Shown here piece by piece: positions 19,581 through 29,866 of a DNA stretch of 64,000 nt. The position numbers were made by a program, and so were the translations under genes. The stretch covers positions 83,010-147,009 of the forward strand of contig CAZQAW010000001.1 in NCBI GenBank assembly GCA_964591445.1, written 5' to 3'. Below the pieces are notes generated by a model that was given only the letters and a program-made list of their open reading frames with translations, did not search any database and had not been told where the DNA came from. How positions within the stretch are numbered: the first letter of the stretch is position 1; every line of letters begins with the position of its first letter. Source of the DNA: an uncultured Candidatus Saccharibacteria bacterium. GTDB lineage: Bacteria; Patescibacteriota; Minisyncoccia; Phycocordibacterales; UBA9973.

Positions 19581-20972
19581 TTATTGCGAGTTGAAAATAC
19601 TAAATTCGTTTGTATCTGAAGAACCAACACCATATACTTTGTCGTGAGCCGAATCATAACACACACCTAAAAGCTGCGTACCGTTCGGAACATCACCAAG
19701 CGCAAGTACAGACATTGAAAGCGGATTGGAAACATTAACAACACTCAACTCTTTGGAAGTGATTTTTGTACCCACAAATGCAACCGTGTCGAGAAAACCA
19801 AATTGTTTTGAAATATCAGCCACAGTTCCTCCAAGTGTAATAGTTCCTCCAAGTGTCGGAGTGGAAGCAATATTCACACTATGAAATGAGGTGTCTTGAC
19901 CAACATATGCATAACTTCCCGCTACCCCAACTGCAATCGCATCGCTTGTACCAGGCAAATTGAGCGTGCTTGTAACAACAGGCAGAGATGCGCTTGAAAT
20001 ATTGATTTGGTACAACTCAGCGGTATCACTGTCGGTCGTCATATACAAATAACTACCGGAAATAGCAGTATCGTAGCCCGTCGGTGTATCAAGCGAACCT
20101 ACTTGAATAGGCAGAAGTGGATTTGAAACATCATACACAATAAAATCTTTTGAAGTTGTTGCTGAGCGAGAAATGTAAACATACGAACCGTCTTTGCTGA
20201 TACTGAGTGCATTTCCGCTCCCGGCAGCATCAGCAGATGCAACATACTGCGGACTTGCTGGATTGGAAATATTGACAATTTCAAGCTCCGAAGCATTGTC
20301 CGAACTTGAAATATACGCGTAATTACCAGAAACAACAATATCAATCGGCGCAAGAGGAAGTGTAAGCGAACTCACGACAGTTGGGTTGCTGCTGTCTGAA
20401 ATATTGATGATGACCAGATTTGAAGACGGCGGATCACGAAGCACGTACGCATAATCACCTTGATACGCAACTTTGACACTATTGTCGGTACCGCTCAAGT
20501 TGAGCGATGACAAATAGCTCACTCCCGCCCATGTACCAAGACCAGACGCAATCCAGTTCGACAAACGAGAAACCAAACTTACCGAACCAGTGCGCTGGGC
20601 ATTTTGCTGCCAAGAAACATGCGACGTAACAAGTTTGCGTTTTGCATCAACGCTAGCAATAGTAACACTTCGAGTATACAGGCCTTGTGTATCAGAGCTG
20701 CCGGACAAAGACCACTGATTTCCTGTTGTTGAAAGTCCATACGTGCCGTCGGTCAGATTTGCAAAACCAGCGTCACGGATATTTTTCACGGCTTCCAAAC
20801 CTTCTTCGGCAATATAGATAGCTCGGGCACGATTGCCTGAGAGCGCCGTTGATTCTTCTCCGTACAAATACGCGCCAACCATGGCAAGCACAAGCATGGC
20901 AAAAATCGAAGACGCAAGCAGCGCTTCAACGACGGAAAATCCTTTTTTAGTATGTGATAGTTCCTTTTGCAT
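19581..20972 (-). CDS. Minor pilin with C-terminal LVIVD-repeat beta-propeller
   Basis: KG|FSVVEALLA motif; repeated YAY...L.I.(N/D)(I/V)SNP units. Confidence 0.82.
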   Translation of the reverse strand: MQKELSHTKKGFSVVEALLASSIFAMLVLAMVGAYLYGEESTALSGNRARAIYIAEEGLEAVKNIRDAGFANLTDGTYGLSTTGNQWSLSGSSDTQGLYTRSVTIASVDAKRKLVTSHVSWQQNAQRTGSVSLVSRLSNWIASGLGTWAGVSYLSSLNLSGTDNSVKVAYQGDYAYVLRDPPSSNLVIINISDSSNPTVVSSLTLPLAPIDIVVSGNYAYISSSDNASELEIVNISNPASPQYVASADAAGSGNALSISKDGSYVYISRSATTSKDFIVYDVSNPLLPIQVGSLDTPTGYDTAISGSYLYMTTDSDTAELYQINISSASLPVVTSTLNLPGTSDAIAVGVAGSYAYVGQDTSFHSVNIASTPTLGGTITLGGTVADISKQFGFLDTVAFVGTKITSKELSVVNVSNPLSMSVLALGDVPNGTQLLGVCYDSAHDKVYGVGSSDTNEFSIFNSQ

Positions 20973-21381
20973 TAAGAGTAATAGTGCGCGTTTCATTGGA
21001 CGATGAAGTAAGAACGATCGGCGTAAGAGCGGTGGAAGGAAATCCTGTCAATCGGGCAAATGTAACATCAGACATTCCGCTTGGTATAACGTCAGGAGTG
21101 ATGGAAATGACTTCATCGTACGTCGTGTCGCGCGTCGCAAATGTCGAACCTTTATAAAGTATAATCGAACTTGTAGAAATGTTGACACTCCATGTTGAAT
21201 CCTCATAACCCCCTTGGGCAAGTATGCTTGCTCGGCGAAGGCTTTCGACAACATTGGAAGCAGCAATGTCCACATTGTTTCTCACCTGAAACTGCTGGTA
21301 AACAGGGATTGAAATACCGGCAATAAGCGACAGAAGCGCCACCGAAAGAAGTATCTCGACAAGTGTAAATCCGCGAGACAT
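20947..21381 (-). CDS. Minor pilin (FimT/GspH-like)
   Basis: RG|FTLVEILLSV motif. Confidence 0.85.
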   Translation of the reverse strand: MSRGFTLVEILLSVALLSLIAGISIPVYQQFQVRNNVDIAASNVVESLRRASILAQGGYEDSTWSVNISTSSIILYKGSTFATRDTTYDEVISITPDVIPSGMSDVTFARLTGFPSTALTPIVLTSSSNETRTITLNAKGTITY

Positions 21382-21382
21382 A

Positions 21383-22486
21383 TTATGAAGGAGAAAGCCC
21401 GCCGATCAAGCTGTAGATCGGAAGTATCACCGCAAGCGCAAGCCCGACGACGCCCAGCCATACGATGACCAGCAACACTGGCTCCAAAATCACCGAAAGG
21501 TCTTTGGTAGTTGTTTCAGTTTTTTCTTCATACGTTTTTCCTATTTCAATCAGAGTTTGAGAAAGCGTTCCTGACTGTTCGCTCGTCGTAACCAGCTGCT
21601 GAACGGACGCAGGCATGAGGCGGGATAAGTGTTTGTACGAAGCAAAACTTGCTCGAAATGAATTTCCGTCAGTGATGCTTTCCATCACATGCGTATACAA
21701 CTTTTTGTAATGCGGAAACGTCGTTGCGTCGCGCAAACAGCGAAGCGCTTCCGTCACAGGAAGCCCGGCGGCTAAAAGCGTACCGAGCAAATACCCAAAA
21801 CGAGAAAGCTCGATTTCGCGGATCAAGCGCTTGATAGCCGGTATGCGAAAAAGTATGTATTGGCCGGCAACTTTTGTTTTTTTGAATGCAAAAAGAAAAT
21901 AGAAAAGAAGTATGATGAATATGAGAGCGGCCGGAACGGCGATAGCGCCATGCGCTTCCAGAAAATCTCCTGTACCAATGAGCACTCGAGTAAGGAATGG
22001 TAGTTTCAAATTGAGCTGAGAGAAAATATGTGCGAGCTTGGGTAAGATGAACCATGAAATACCGACGCCGATCACCGCAGCCAAACCAAGCACGAATGCC
22101 GGATACATCATTGCCGAGCGGATCTTGGAATGAAATGCTCTGTTTTTAGATTCTTCCAAGCTGACCACTTTCAAGTTTTCTGACAACTTGCCTGACTCTT
22201 CGCCCACGCGCACAAGCGAAATTACGTGGTCTTGGAACAGACCTGTCTTCGCAAGCGCGTCGGAAAGCGTGGAGCCTGCGTCCACTTCTTCTCCAACAAA
22301 AACAAGAATTTTTTTCATCGCGGAACTTTTGACGTCTTCGCCGATAGTTGCAAGCGCGTCACGAATGCTCATACCCGAATGCACAAGCGTTGCGAGATTT
22401 TCAATAAAAAAATCCCGGTCGCTTCCGATGCCGAAATGTGAGAAGTGCGGCTCTCTTTTTTTTACTTGTGGTAAATCGGATTTCAT
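21383..22486 (-). CDS. PilC/GspF inner-membrane platform protein
   Basis: GEESGKL, AMMYP, EQSGTL and LEP..AVILPIY motifs. Confidence 0.92.
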   Translation of the reverse strand: MKSDLPQVKKREPHFSHFGIGSDRDFFIENLATLVHSGMSIRDALATIGEDVKSSAMKKILVFVGEEVDAGSTLSDALAKTGLFQDHVISLVRVGEESGKLSENLKVVSLEESKNRAFHSKIRSAMMYPAFVLGLAAVIGVGISWFILPKLAHIFSQLNLKLPFLTRVLIGTGDFLEAHGAIAVPAALIFIILLFYFLFAFKKTKVAGQYILFRIPAIKRLIREIELSRFGYLLGTLLAAGLPVTEALRCLRDATTFPHYKKLYTHVMESITDGNSFRASFASYKHLSRLMPASVQQLVTTSEQSGTLSQTLIEIGKTYEEKTETTTKDLSVILEPVLLVIVWLGVVGLALAVILPIYSLIGGLSPS

Positions 22487-24153
22487 TTTATTCTAGACTT
22501 TTTTGCTCGAACATCTACAGGCGGCTCAGCAACGCGAAGCAATTCTTCTATCGTTGTTACTCCATTTTTTACTTTATCGATGCCGTCTTCAAACAGCGTT
22601 CGCGCGCCTTCTTTGCGAGCAAGATTCCATACTTCCTGTGTTGAAGGCGAATTCAGTACAAGATCTTTCATGTCAGGCGACATGAGGATGAATTCAAAAA
22701 TTGCAGTGCGGCCTTTATAGCCCGTGCCTCCACAGACGTTACAGCCTTTACCTTTGTATAATGTAAACTTTGTACCTAAAAATTTCTTTGTAAGATCTGC
22801 GTGCGGTGCACCCGGCGGAAGCTTGGACATGCTGTAGCGGCAGTTGTTGCAGATTTTGCGCACAAGTCGCTGAGCAATCACAAGTTCAAGCGTAGATGCA
22901 AGAAGAAACGGCTCGGCGCCCATCGTAAGGAGTCGAGGTACCGCAGTTGCAGCGTCGTTTGCGTGAAAAGTTGAAAAGAGTAAGTGCCCAGTCAACGCAG
23001 CATTCACGGAAATATCGACAGTTTCTTGATCGCGGATTTCTCCAACCAAAATAATATCCGGATCTTGGCGGACAATCGAACGCAAGCCTTTTGCAAATGT
23101 CAGGTTCGTTGCGGGGTTTACTTGTATTTGGTTCACGCCGACAAGTTTGTATTCTACTGGGTCTTCGATGGTAGTGATGTTTGTATCCGGAGTATTGAGC
23201 CGAGAAAGAAGCGCGTAAAGCGTCGTTGTTTTTCCAGAACCTGTCGGACCGGTGACAAGTATCATACCAAATGGCTTGTTCGAAGCTTTTTCAAGCATCG
23301 CTTGATTGACCGCAGAAAGTCCAAGCTCGCTCAAACTCAAGCCTTCGACATACGAAGACAACAGTCGAAGCACGATCTTTTCCCCTTCCACTGTTGGAAC
23401 GATAGAAGTTCGCAAGTCAACGACCATGTTATTTTTTTCGTAGCGCATCGAGCCGTCTTGTGTTGCAAAGTGCTCATCGATGCGAAGCCGGCTTTCAACT
23501 TTGATGCGGTTGGTGATGGTACCATAATATTCTTTTGGAATTCTTCCAGCATCTTGGAGCACGCCGTCTACGCGAAAACGCACAAGCACAGTATTTTTCT
23601 CAGGTTCGAGGTGAATATCGGAAGCGTGGAACATAAGCGCGTCGCCGATGATTTCTTCGATAAGCTCGGGCGCAATACGCTTTTCTGTTTCAATGATTTT
23701 TGAAAAACGTGTATCGAGCTGCTTGTGATACATCTGAAGCGTGTTCGTCACATCGTCAGGCAACGCAAATGCGGCTTCGATTTTGAGTTTTGGGAAAAAT
23801 ATCGCAAGCTCTTTTGCAAGTGTTGCTTGAGTTGGATCATCTGTTGCAACAGTTACCTTTTTCTTATCTTGGCTTACGTATATGACACGAAGTCGCTCTG
23901 CAACGTCTTTTGGAATTTTTTCAAGATCGGCTTGCGCTGGAGGTTTGGAAGCAAGGTCAACGTAGCGGACTTTGAGAAATTCTGCTACAGCTTGACCGAG
24001 AAGCGCATGATTGAGCAACCCTTCACCAAAAAGATATTCGACGATAGTTGCATCGTGTGACTTTGCAAATTCGATCGCGTTCGCCAAATCAGCCTCGGTC
24101 ACATAATGACCGTCTTTCAAAATCTTTTGTATTGTTTGCTCGTCAAATATCAT
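22483..24153 (-). CDS. PilB/GspE assembly ATPase
   Basis: ASDIHLEP, GPTGSGKTTT, TIEDPVE, RQDPD and AQRLVRKIC motifs. Confidence 0.95.
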   Translation of the reverse strand: MIFDEQTIQKILKDGHYVTEADLANAIEFAKSHDATIVEYLFGEGLLNHALLGQAVAEFLKVRYVDLASKPPAQADLEKIPKDVAERLRVIYVSQDKKKVTVATDDPTQATLAKELAIFFPKLKIEAAFALPDDVTNTLQMYHKQLDTRFSKIIETEKRIAPELIEEIIGDALMFHASDIHLEPEKNTVLVRFRVDGVLQDAGRIPKEYYGTITNRIKVESRLRIDEHFATQDGSMRYEKNNMVVDLRTSIVPTVEGEKIVLRLLSSYVEGLSLSELGLSAVNQAMLEKASNKPFGMILVTGPTGSGKTTTLYALLSRLNTPDTNITTIEDPVEYKLVGVNQIQVNPATNLTFAKGLRSIVRQDPDIILVGEIRDQETVDISVNAALTGHLLFSTFHANDAATAVPRLLTMGAEPFLLASTLELVIAQRLVRKICNNCRYSMSKLPPGAPHADLTKKFLGTKFTLYKGKGCNVCGGTGYKGRTAIFEFILMSPDMKDLVLNSPSTQEVWNLARKEGARTLFEDGIDKVKNGVTTIEELLRVAEPPVDVRAKKSRIK

Positions 24154-24184
24154 AATGGCGAAACTTCACAATAAGCTGGTATTC

Positions 24185-24556
24185 TTATTTCAAAAATGTG
24201 CGGACGTGCTCTACGATAGTTGCGATCGGCGTATCTGATTTGATATAAAAACCTTTTGCACCAAGTTCTTTGGCGCGCTTTTCATCTTCTTCCTGGCTTA
24301 AATTGGACAAAATAATAACTGGCGCTTTCATTCCTTTTTTCTTCACTGCTTCAAGAAAAGCAAAGCCGTCCATTTTGGGCATAATGAGGTCAGAAAGCAC
24401 AAGGTCGTACTTTTCTTTGCCAAGCATGTCGAGCGCTTCTTCTCCATTGCCAGCTTGATGCGCCTCAAAGCCTTCGTGTGTCAGCTTGAGTTCAAGCGCG
24501 CGCGCCATCGGCTTTTCATCTTCGACGATCAGGATTTTTTTTGGACTTGCAGTCAT
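24185..24556 (-). CDS. Single-domain response regulator
   Basis: ILIVEDE and DLIMPKMDG motifs; ATG at 24556. Confidence 0.9.
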   Translation of the reverse strand: MTASPKKILIVEDEKPMARALELKLTHEGFEAHQAGNGEEALDMLGKEKYDLVLSDLIMPKMDGFAFLEAVKKKGMKAPVIILSNLSQEEDEKRAKELGAKGFYIKSDTPIATIVEHVRTFLK

Positions 24557-24634
24557 GTATATATAGTATAGCATCAAAATACACGGATACGCTCCGTGTA
24601 TGTGAATAAAGCTTGAGTTATTTTTCAAGATCAA

Positions 24635-25555
24635 CTAAGCACTAACGACTTCTTTGTTATGACGAGAGATAGTGCACGTGCCCGGGCATTTGAGGGCGCC
24701 ACCATTTTCCTCAATACAACTTTCGCACAAAATAAAATGTCTATGACAGCCCTTTATGTCGCAGTTCACATAATGTTCTGATGCGTCTTTGCAGCCTTCG
24801 CATCGGCCAATGACTTCATGTTTTGGATCATCAGTATAAAATCCCATTGTGATGCGTCTATCAAACACGTAGAGCTTGCCTTTGAAATCTTCGTTCGGAT
24901 ATTGTTCCATATATGACACAATTCCTCCGTCGAGTTGGTACACGTCTGTAAAATCTTGCGTCAACAAATAGCCCGATGCTTTTTCGCAACGAACTCCACC
25001 GGTGCACACAGTAAGCACCGTTTTATTTTTCAAATGCGCGATAGATTCCAGGAATTTCGGCATGTCACGAAAGTTGTCCATCGGCGGACAGATAGAACCT
25101 TCAAAATGTCCGACGTTGTGTTCATATGCATTGCGCATATCGACAATGTAAAATTCTTTTTTATCAGCAATCCACTGATGAAGTTCCGCCGGCTTCAGAT
25201 GAATGCCTGTAACTTGGTTTGGGTCAACATCGCACACACCAAGATTGAGCGAGACAATTTCTTTACGCACTTTGACAGAAAGTTTTGGAAAAGCGTCTCC
25301 GGTTCCCATACTTCGCTTGAAATGAATATTCAAAAATCGCGGGTCGGTTTCGAGTTCTTTGATATAGCTTTCTGTGTCTTCCTTTTTCCCTTCTAAAGTA
25401 AAGTTAATACCTTCGTGCGCGACAATAAGCCGGCCTTTGAAACCGTATTTTTCACAAAGCTCACGCTGCCACGCCATAACAGCCGCCGGGTCATCGATGT
25501 GGACGTATTTGTAAAAAAGAAGTATTTGGTAGTTCGGGTCAAGCACGTTGTTCAT
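24635..25555 (-). CDS. trhO: TrhO/UPF0176 rhodanese-domain tRNA U34 hydroxylase
   Basis: LFYKY, EGINFT, DMRNAYE..GHF, CTGGVRCEKAS and GKLYVFD motifs. Confidence 0.88.
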   Translation of the reverse strand: MNNVLDPNYQILLFYKYVHIDDPAAVMAWQRELCEKYGFKGRLIVAHEGINFTLEGKKEDTESYIKELETDPRFLNIHFKRSMGTGDAFPKLSVKVRKEIVSLNLGVCDVDPNQVTGIHLKPAELHQWIADKKEFYIVDMRNAYEHNVGHFEGSICPPMDNFRDMPKFLESIAHLKNKTVLTVCTGGVRCEKASGYLLTQDFTDVYQLDGGIVSYMEQYPNEDFKGKLYVFDRRITMGFYTDDPKHEVIGRCEGCKDASEHYVNCDIKGCHRHFILCESCIEENGGALKCPGTCTISRHNKEVVSA

Positions 25556-25675
25556 ACCGCTATACTACCCTTTCTCTCGCAGATTTTCAAGATTGGCTCT
25601 TTGTCAAAAGTTGTGCACATTGACACTTGTATTTCAGTGCTACAATAAAGTCAGGTCTATATTATTAGCTTCATT

Positions 25676-25891
25676 TTGTATATGCATATGCGAAAACTTA
25701 CTTGGATCCTCGTGATCGTGGGTGGTCTTAACTGGCTTCTCCTTGCCCTTACAGGTTGGGAAATTGGTATGCTCTTCGGCGGCATGGATGCAATGATCTC
25801 TAAGATCGTTTACATCCTCGTTGGAGTATCTGCAATCTACCAAATCTTTGCTGGAGCAAAATCTTCTGGCGCTATGGGTGGACAGATGTAA
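25676..25891 (+). CDS. DUF378 small membrane protein
   Basis: LVIVGGLNWLL...IVYILVGVSAIY; terminator at about 25917-25943. Confidence 0.85.
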   Translation: MYMHMRKLTWILVIVGGLNWLLLALTGWEIGMLFGGMDAMISKIVYILVGVSAIYQIFAGAKSSGAMGGQM

Positions 25892-25970
25892 TATTGAACT
25901 CGTGTGTTGAACGTTCACAAAACCTCGCTTCGGCGAGGTTTTGCTTTTTGTAACATGCTACAATACTGAT

Positions 25971-26081
25971 ATGAAAAAGATCTACCTCATCCTTATACTT
26001 GCAATTCTTGTCCTCCTCGGCATAGGCTACACCATCGGCTGGACAGACAATGGACCGGGAACTACTTTTACCGATAAGTAA
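25971..26081 (+). CDS. 36-aa single-TM small protein (not in ORF track)
   Basis: MKKIYLILILAILVLLGIGYTIGWTDNGPGTTFTDK; TGc-TACAAT 6 nt upstream of ATG. Confidence 0.6.
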   Translation: MKKIYLILILAILVLLGIGYTIGWTDNGPGTTFTDK

Positions 26082-26388
26082 AAAGTACTTCGTCAAAATC
26101 TTGTATCTTTCCGGTTTTCTTGTCCACTCTGATTCCCTCTTTTTTATACAATGCCAAACGCTTGGTGCGATATTCATTGTTAAGCCACACTTTTCCGCCG
26201 GCATATACGATGCGATGAAATGGAATTTTCTTTTCTCCGGCGTCATAAGCTTTAGCCAAAATACCAGTAATACTCTGGCTCGCCATACCTCCCGACCCGC
26301 AAGCGCGAGCGATATGCCCATAAGTCGTCACCCGGCCCTTTGGAATAGCAAGCGCTGCTTCTACCACTCTTTGTGAGAAGGTTTTCAT
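26068..26388 (-). CDS. Alkyltransferase-like (ATL) protein of the MGMT family
   Basis: IPKGRVTTYGHIA; PFHRIV in place of catalytic PCHRV. Confidence 0.85.
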   Translation of the reverse strand: MKTFSQRVVEAALAIPKGRVTTYGHIARACGSGGMASQSITGILAKAYDAGEKKIPFHRIVYAGGKVWLNNEYRTKRLALYKKEGIRVDKKTGKIQDFDEVLFTYR

Positions 26389-26469
26389 GGTTTTAGTATA
26401 ACAAATCCGGAAGCTTGCTTTTTTATTTTATCTATGTTTTAATAAGGAAAATTAATAAAACACCAAAAT

Positions 26470-26667
26470 ATGGAGGAACAAATAATTTCAGAAACATTCG
26501 CCTACGGGGAAGACTACTACGATGTATTTAAAAAAATTATTGAATACCTCGAACGCAAAATTAAAAAACATCCGGGCAAGATATTGTCACACTCCTATTC
26601 CATTACTAAAACATCGGGATTCAATCAGGAGTACACAGGCTCAATAATTATTATACTAAAATACTAA
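26470..26667 (+). CDS. AT-rich hypothetical protein
   Basis: 65-aa ORF followed by a hairpin and T-run. Confidence 0.5.
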   Translation: MEEQIISETFAYGEDYYDVFKKIIEYLERKIKKHPGKILSHSYSITKTSGFNQEYTGSIIIILKY

Positions 26668-26745
26668 CGGTGCTCGTGCTGCTAAACAACAAAAAGTTTA
26701 GCAGTTTTTTATTTATCCCGAAAAAGAGGCGAGTTGCTACCGCCT

Positions 26746-29700
26746 CTATCGGGACGAGTACATTTCAGCGAGTTTACAATACGGACACTCAGTCGCTCCA
26801 CTTCCCCACGGTTTGAAGTTGCATGTTCTCTCTGTCCATTTTCCATTTTGCATTTCTTGGTCGTAGTCTTGTATATCTTTTACTAACAGTTCAATATGCT
26901 CACCGGAAACGTGCGTTTCGTACACTGCTTTCTTTTCATCTTTTTCTTCCACAAAGTACAAACGTGATTTTGAAACTTCTTGACTGCCTTTTGACGCATT
27001 GTAAATGAGGTACGAATACATTGCGAGCTGGCGAAGGTAACTTGAAAGTCTTCCCTCGTCATCTTCCTTCTCCACATCTTTGCTTGTTCGAGTTTTTCCT
27101 GTTTTGAAATCCGTCACACGCAAGTCAGCACCCGCACTACTTTCGACAAGGTCGATTTTCCCGGTGATAAGTACGTTTGGAATTCGTGGATCTTTATACG
27201 AAAGTGCCTTTTCAGATTGAGATTCTTCCCACAAATCCGGAATAAAGTTTTCAAGAAATCTTTCTGCAACAGCTGTCGCTTCACGAGTAAAACGTGCAAT
27301 GGTTTTTTCTTCGACAAGATGGTTCTTTTTTATTTCATTTGCAATTGCAAGCTCAATCCCCTTTGTATTTCGAGCGTCTTCATATTTGACAAGTTGTTCA
27401 ATCGTTCCATGAACAATACTTCCAAACACCAAGCTCTCGGCCATCGGTTCGGGAACTTGGAGGAATGAACGGAAATACCATTTCCAAGGACATTCGTAGA
27501 AATTGTTAAGAAGTGTAACAGACACTTTTGTTTTGTGATACTGTTCGGCAACGAGTTCTCGAAGTTCATCACGAGAAACGTTCGGTGTTGCGCTTTGTGT
27601 TTTTTCAATATATTTCCCCGCTTGTACTATTTTGTTTTGTGTATCTGCGCCATCAGAAAATTCGAATAATGCTTTTGGCAATTCATCGATGATCATCGCC
27701 AAGCGTTCTTCATTGCCTTTGTGCGACATCCGCGCGTATGACAAAACACAAAACCGCTTTGCACGAGTAAGCGCAACGTAAAGCTCTCGTCTCGCCACGG
27801 CTTCATTTTTTTCTTCAATATGCTCTTTTACTTTTTCTGGAAGAGAAAAGCCAATAGACTTGCTCGACATGAGAGTGCGTTCGTTCATGTGCGCAATCCA
27901 CACGCAGTCGTATTCCAACCCTTTTGAAGCATGAAGTGTCATCACTCGCACGCCATGTTGTGTACCCAAAAGCGCAAGCGGAACGTCTTGGCCGTATTCT
28001 TGCATGCGTTTGATGAATGAAATAAATGTCGCCAAACTTGTATGTGCATCCCCGCCTGCTCCCGTAGAGCGGGCAGGCTTTTCTTCGAGCGTGAGCGCAA
28101 GGTGAAGAAGCGACCGCACGACTTCGACACGGCGAATGTATGATTCGTGTTCTGTAGCGTTTTCGAGCAAAAATGTGTAGCCGACATATTGCACAATATC
28201 GTACAAACTTTTTCCTTTTGACTCTACAATTGTAGTTTCAATTTTCTTGCCCCAACTATATATCGGGTCCGCGTCAGCAAGCAAACCGTGGCTGTGGCCT
28301 TCGTCGAGCAAATGCTGAAGTGAGAGTTCGCGAGTATACACGCGATGCAAAAATGCATGTGCGGCGAGCGGTGGAATGCCAGACATTTCATCAAGCACAC
28401 TTTCCGCAATGGCGACATTTGAAAATGGATCGTTCATGATTTGAAAAACATTGAAAAGCGAGACGAATTCTTTCGTTTCAAAAAGTCGGAGTGACTGACT
28501 CGACGCAACCGGCACGCCCATACCAGAAAGTATATGCATAGCTGTTCGCACGTGTGCATTTTTTGGAACAAGAAGCGCGCAATCGGAAGCATCTGTGCCG
28601 CCGGACATTTTTTCCAAGAAAAAATGTCCGGCTTGCATCACTTCATCTCGCGGATAATCCGCTTCGACAAGCTGTATCGGGTGCCTTTCCCTGCTCTGGC
28701 TTTTCAAACTTTCTTTGGTCAACACACTTTTCAAAAGTGTATCAGCGGCGTCAAGAATGATCTGCGTTGAACGATAATTCTCAGAAAGTGTAATGACTTT
28801 CGTGCCTTTAAACGTGTGTGTAAAATCTTCGAAATGCGAGAGCGACGCACCACCGAAGCCATAAATAAGCTGGCGGTCGTCTCCCACCACAAACACATTT
28901 GGCTTTTCAACGTCACCCCACACCGCACGCAAAAAGGCATTTTGTACGCCAGAAGAATCTTGATGCTCGTCGACAAGCACATACAAATACCGCTCACGCA
29001 AAGTATCACGCGCATTTTCAGAATCTGTAACGAGTTTGAGTAAGTATGAAAGAACGTCATCATAATCCATGACATTGCGCTCTTTTTTTACTTCTTCATA
29101 CAGCTCATAGAACCTGACCACTTCGCGTGTCTTTTCCAAGCTTTCTATTTTTGTAAGAATTTCTTTTTTAAGTTTGCCTTTGCTCACACCCTTGCTTGAA
29201 ATGCTTTCCGGATCGTTTGTAAGACGCTTTATATCTTTTTCTATTTCAGAAAGGAATGCGTCCGGGCTCATATTCTCGCGCTTCAAGAGTGAGATGAGAG
29301 ATTTCAAATCTTGAAAATACATCGCCGCATTTCCTCGCGGCCGCAAATGCGCCCATTCGTGTGAATGCAAAATATCATCCACGATACCAAGAAGTCCTGC
29401 ATCATCAAGAAGTTCCGGGGCGGATGCAAACCCAAGCGCATGATAAAACTCCTCGATTACTTGTATGCCGAACGAATGGAATGTGGTAATGGCAACTCGC
29501 CCGGCTTCGGCACCGATATACGAATGCAAACGTTTGCGCATTGCGTGCACACCCGAGTTCGTAAACGTAAGGCAAAGCACACCGTCTGGAGTCGTATCGG
29601 TTTTTTTCAAAATATTCCCAATGCGTAAAGATATGACCTGAGTCTTGCCAGTTCCCGGCCCAGCCACTACCATGACCGGACCTTCAATAGTATCCACCGC

Positions 29701-29748
29701 TTCTTTCTGTGCAGCATTCAAATTTTTATACGAAACTTCAAAATCCAT
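26746..29748 (-). CDS. UvrD/PcrA-type helicase with C-terminal PD-(D/E)xK nuclease
   Basis: AGPGTGKT, VDEHQD, VGDDRQ, ENYRS, TLHASKGLE and YVALTRAK motifs; then GKIDL...DFKTG and YECP...C...CPYC. Confidence 0.92.
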   Translation of the reverse strand: MDFEVSYKNLNAAQKEAVDTIEGPVMVVAGPGTGKTQVISLRIGNILKKTDTTPDGVLCLTFTNSGVHAMRKRLHSYIGAEAGRVAITTFHSFGIQVIEEFYHALGFASAPELLDDAGLLGIVDDILHSHEWAHLRPRGNAAMYFQDLKSLISLLKRENMSPDAFLSEIEKDIKRLTNDPESISSKGVSKGKLKKEILTKIESLEKTREVVRFYELYEEVKKERNVMDYDDVLSYLLKLVTDSENARDTLRERYLYVLVDEHQDSSGVQNAFLRAVWGDVEKPNVFVVGDDRQLIYGFGGASLSHFEDFTHTFKGTKVITLSENYRSTQIILDAADTLLKSVLTKESLKSQSRERHPIQLVEADYPRDEVMQAGHFFLEKMSGGTDASDCALLVPKNAHVRTAMHILSGMGVPVASSQSLRLFETKEFVSLFNVFQIMNDPFSNVAIAESVLDEMSGIPPLAAHAFLHRVYTRELSLQHLLDEGHSHGLLADADPIYSWGKKIETTIVESKGKSLYDIVQYVGYTFLLENATEHESYIRRVEVVRSLLHLALTLEEKPARSTGAGGDAHTSLATFISFIKRMQEYGQDVPLALLGTQHGVRVMTLHASKGLEYDCVWIAHMNERTLMSSKSIGFSLPEKVKEHIEEKNEAVARRELYVALTRAKRFCVLSYARMSHKGNEERLAMIIDELPKALFEFSDGADTQNKIVQAGKYIEKTQSATPNVSRDELRELVAEQYHKTKVSVTLLNNFYECPWKWYFRSFLQVPEPMAESLVFGSIVHGTIEQLVKYEDARNTKGIELAIANEIKKNHLVEEKTIARFTREATAVAERFLENFIPDLWEESQSEKALSYKDPRIPNVLITGKIDLVESSAGADLRVTDFKTGKTRTSKDVEKEDDEGRLSSYLRQLAMYSYLIYNASKGSQEVSKSRLYFVEEKDEKKAVYETHVSGEHIELLVKDIQDYDQEMQNGKWTERTCNFKPWGSGATECPYCKLAEMYSSR

Positions 29749-29866
29749 AGGCTCATTATACCTTTTTCTAAGTTCTAACTCTATTTGACTTTTGATTTGC
29801 CAGAGGTATAATTGAATTCTAATTCTTTTTAATTCAATAATTTCTAACTAAAAAAACCATTTAGCT

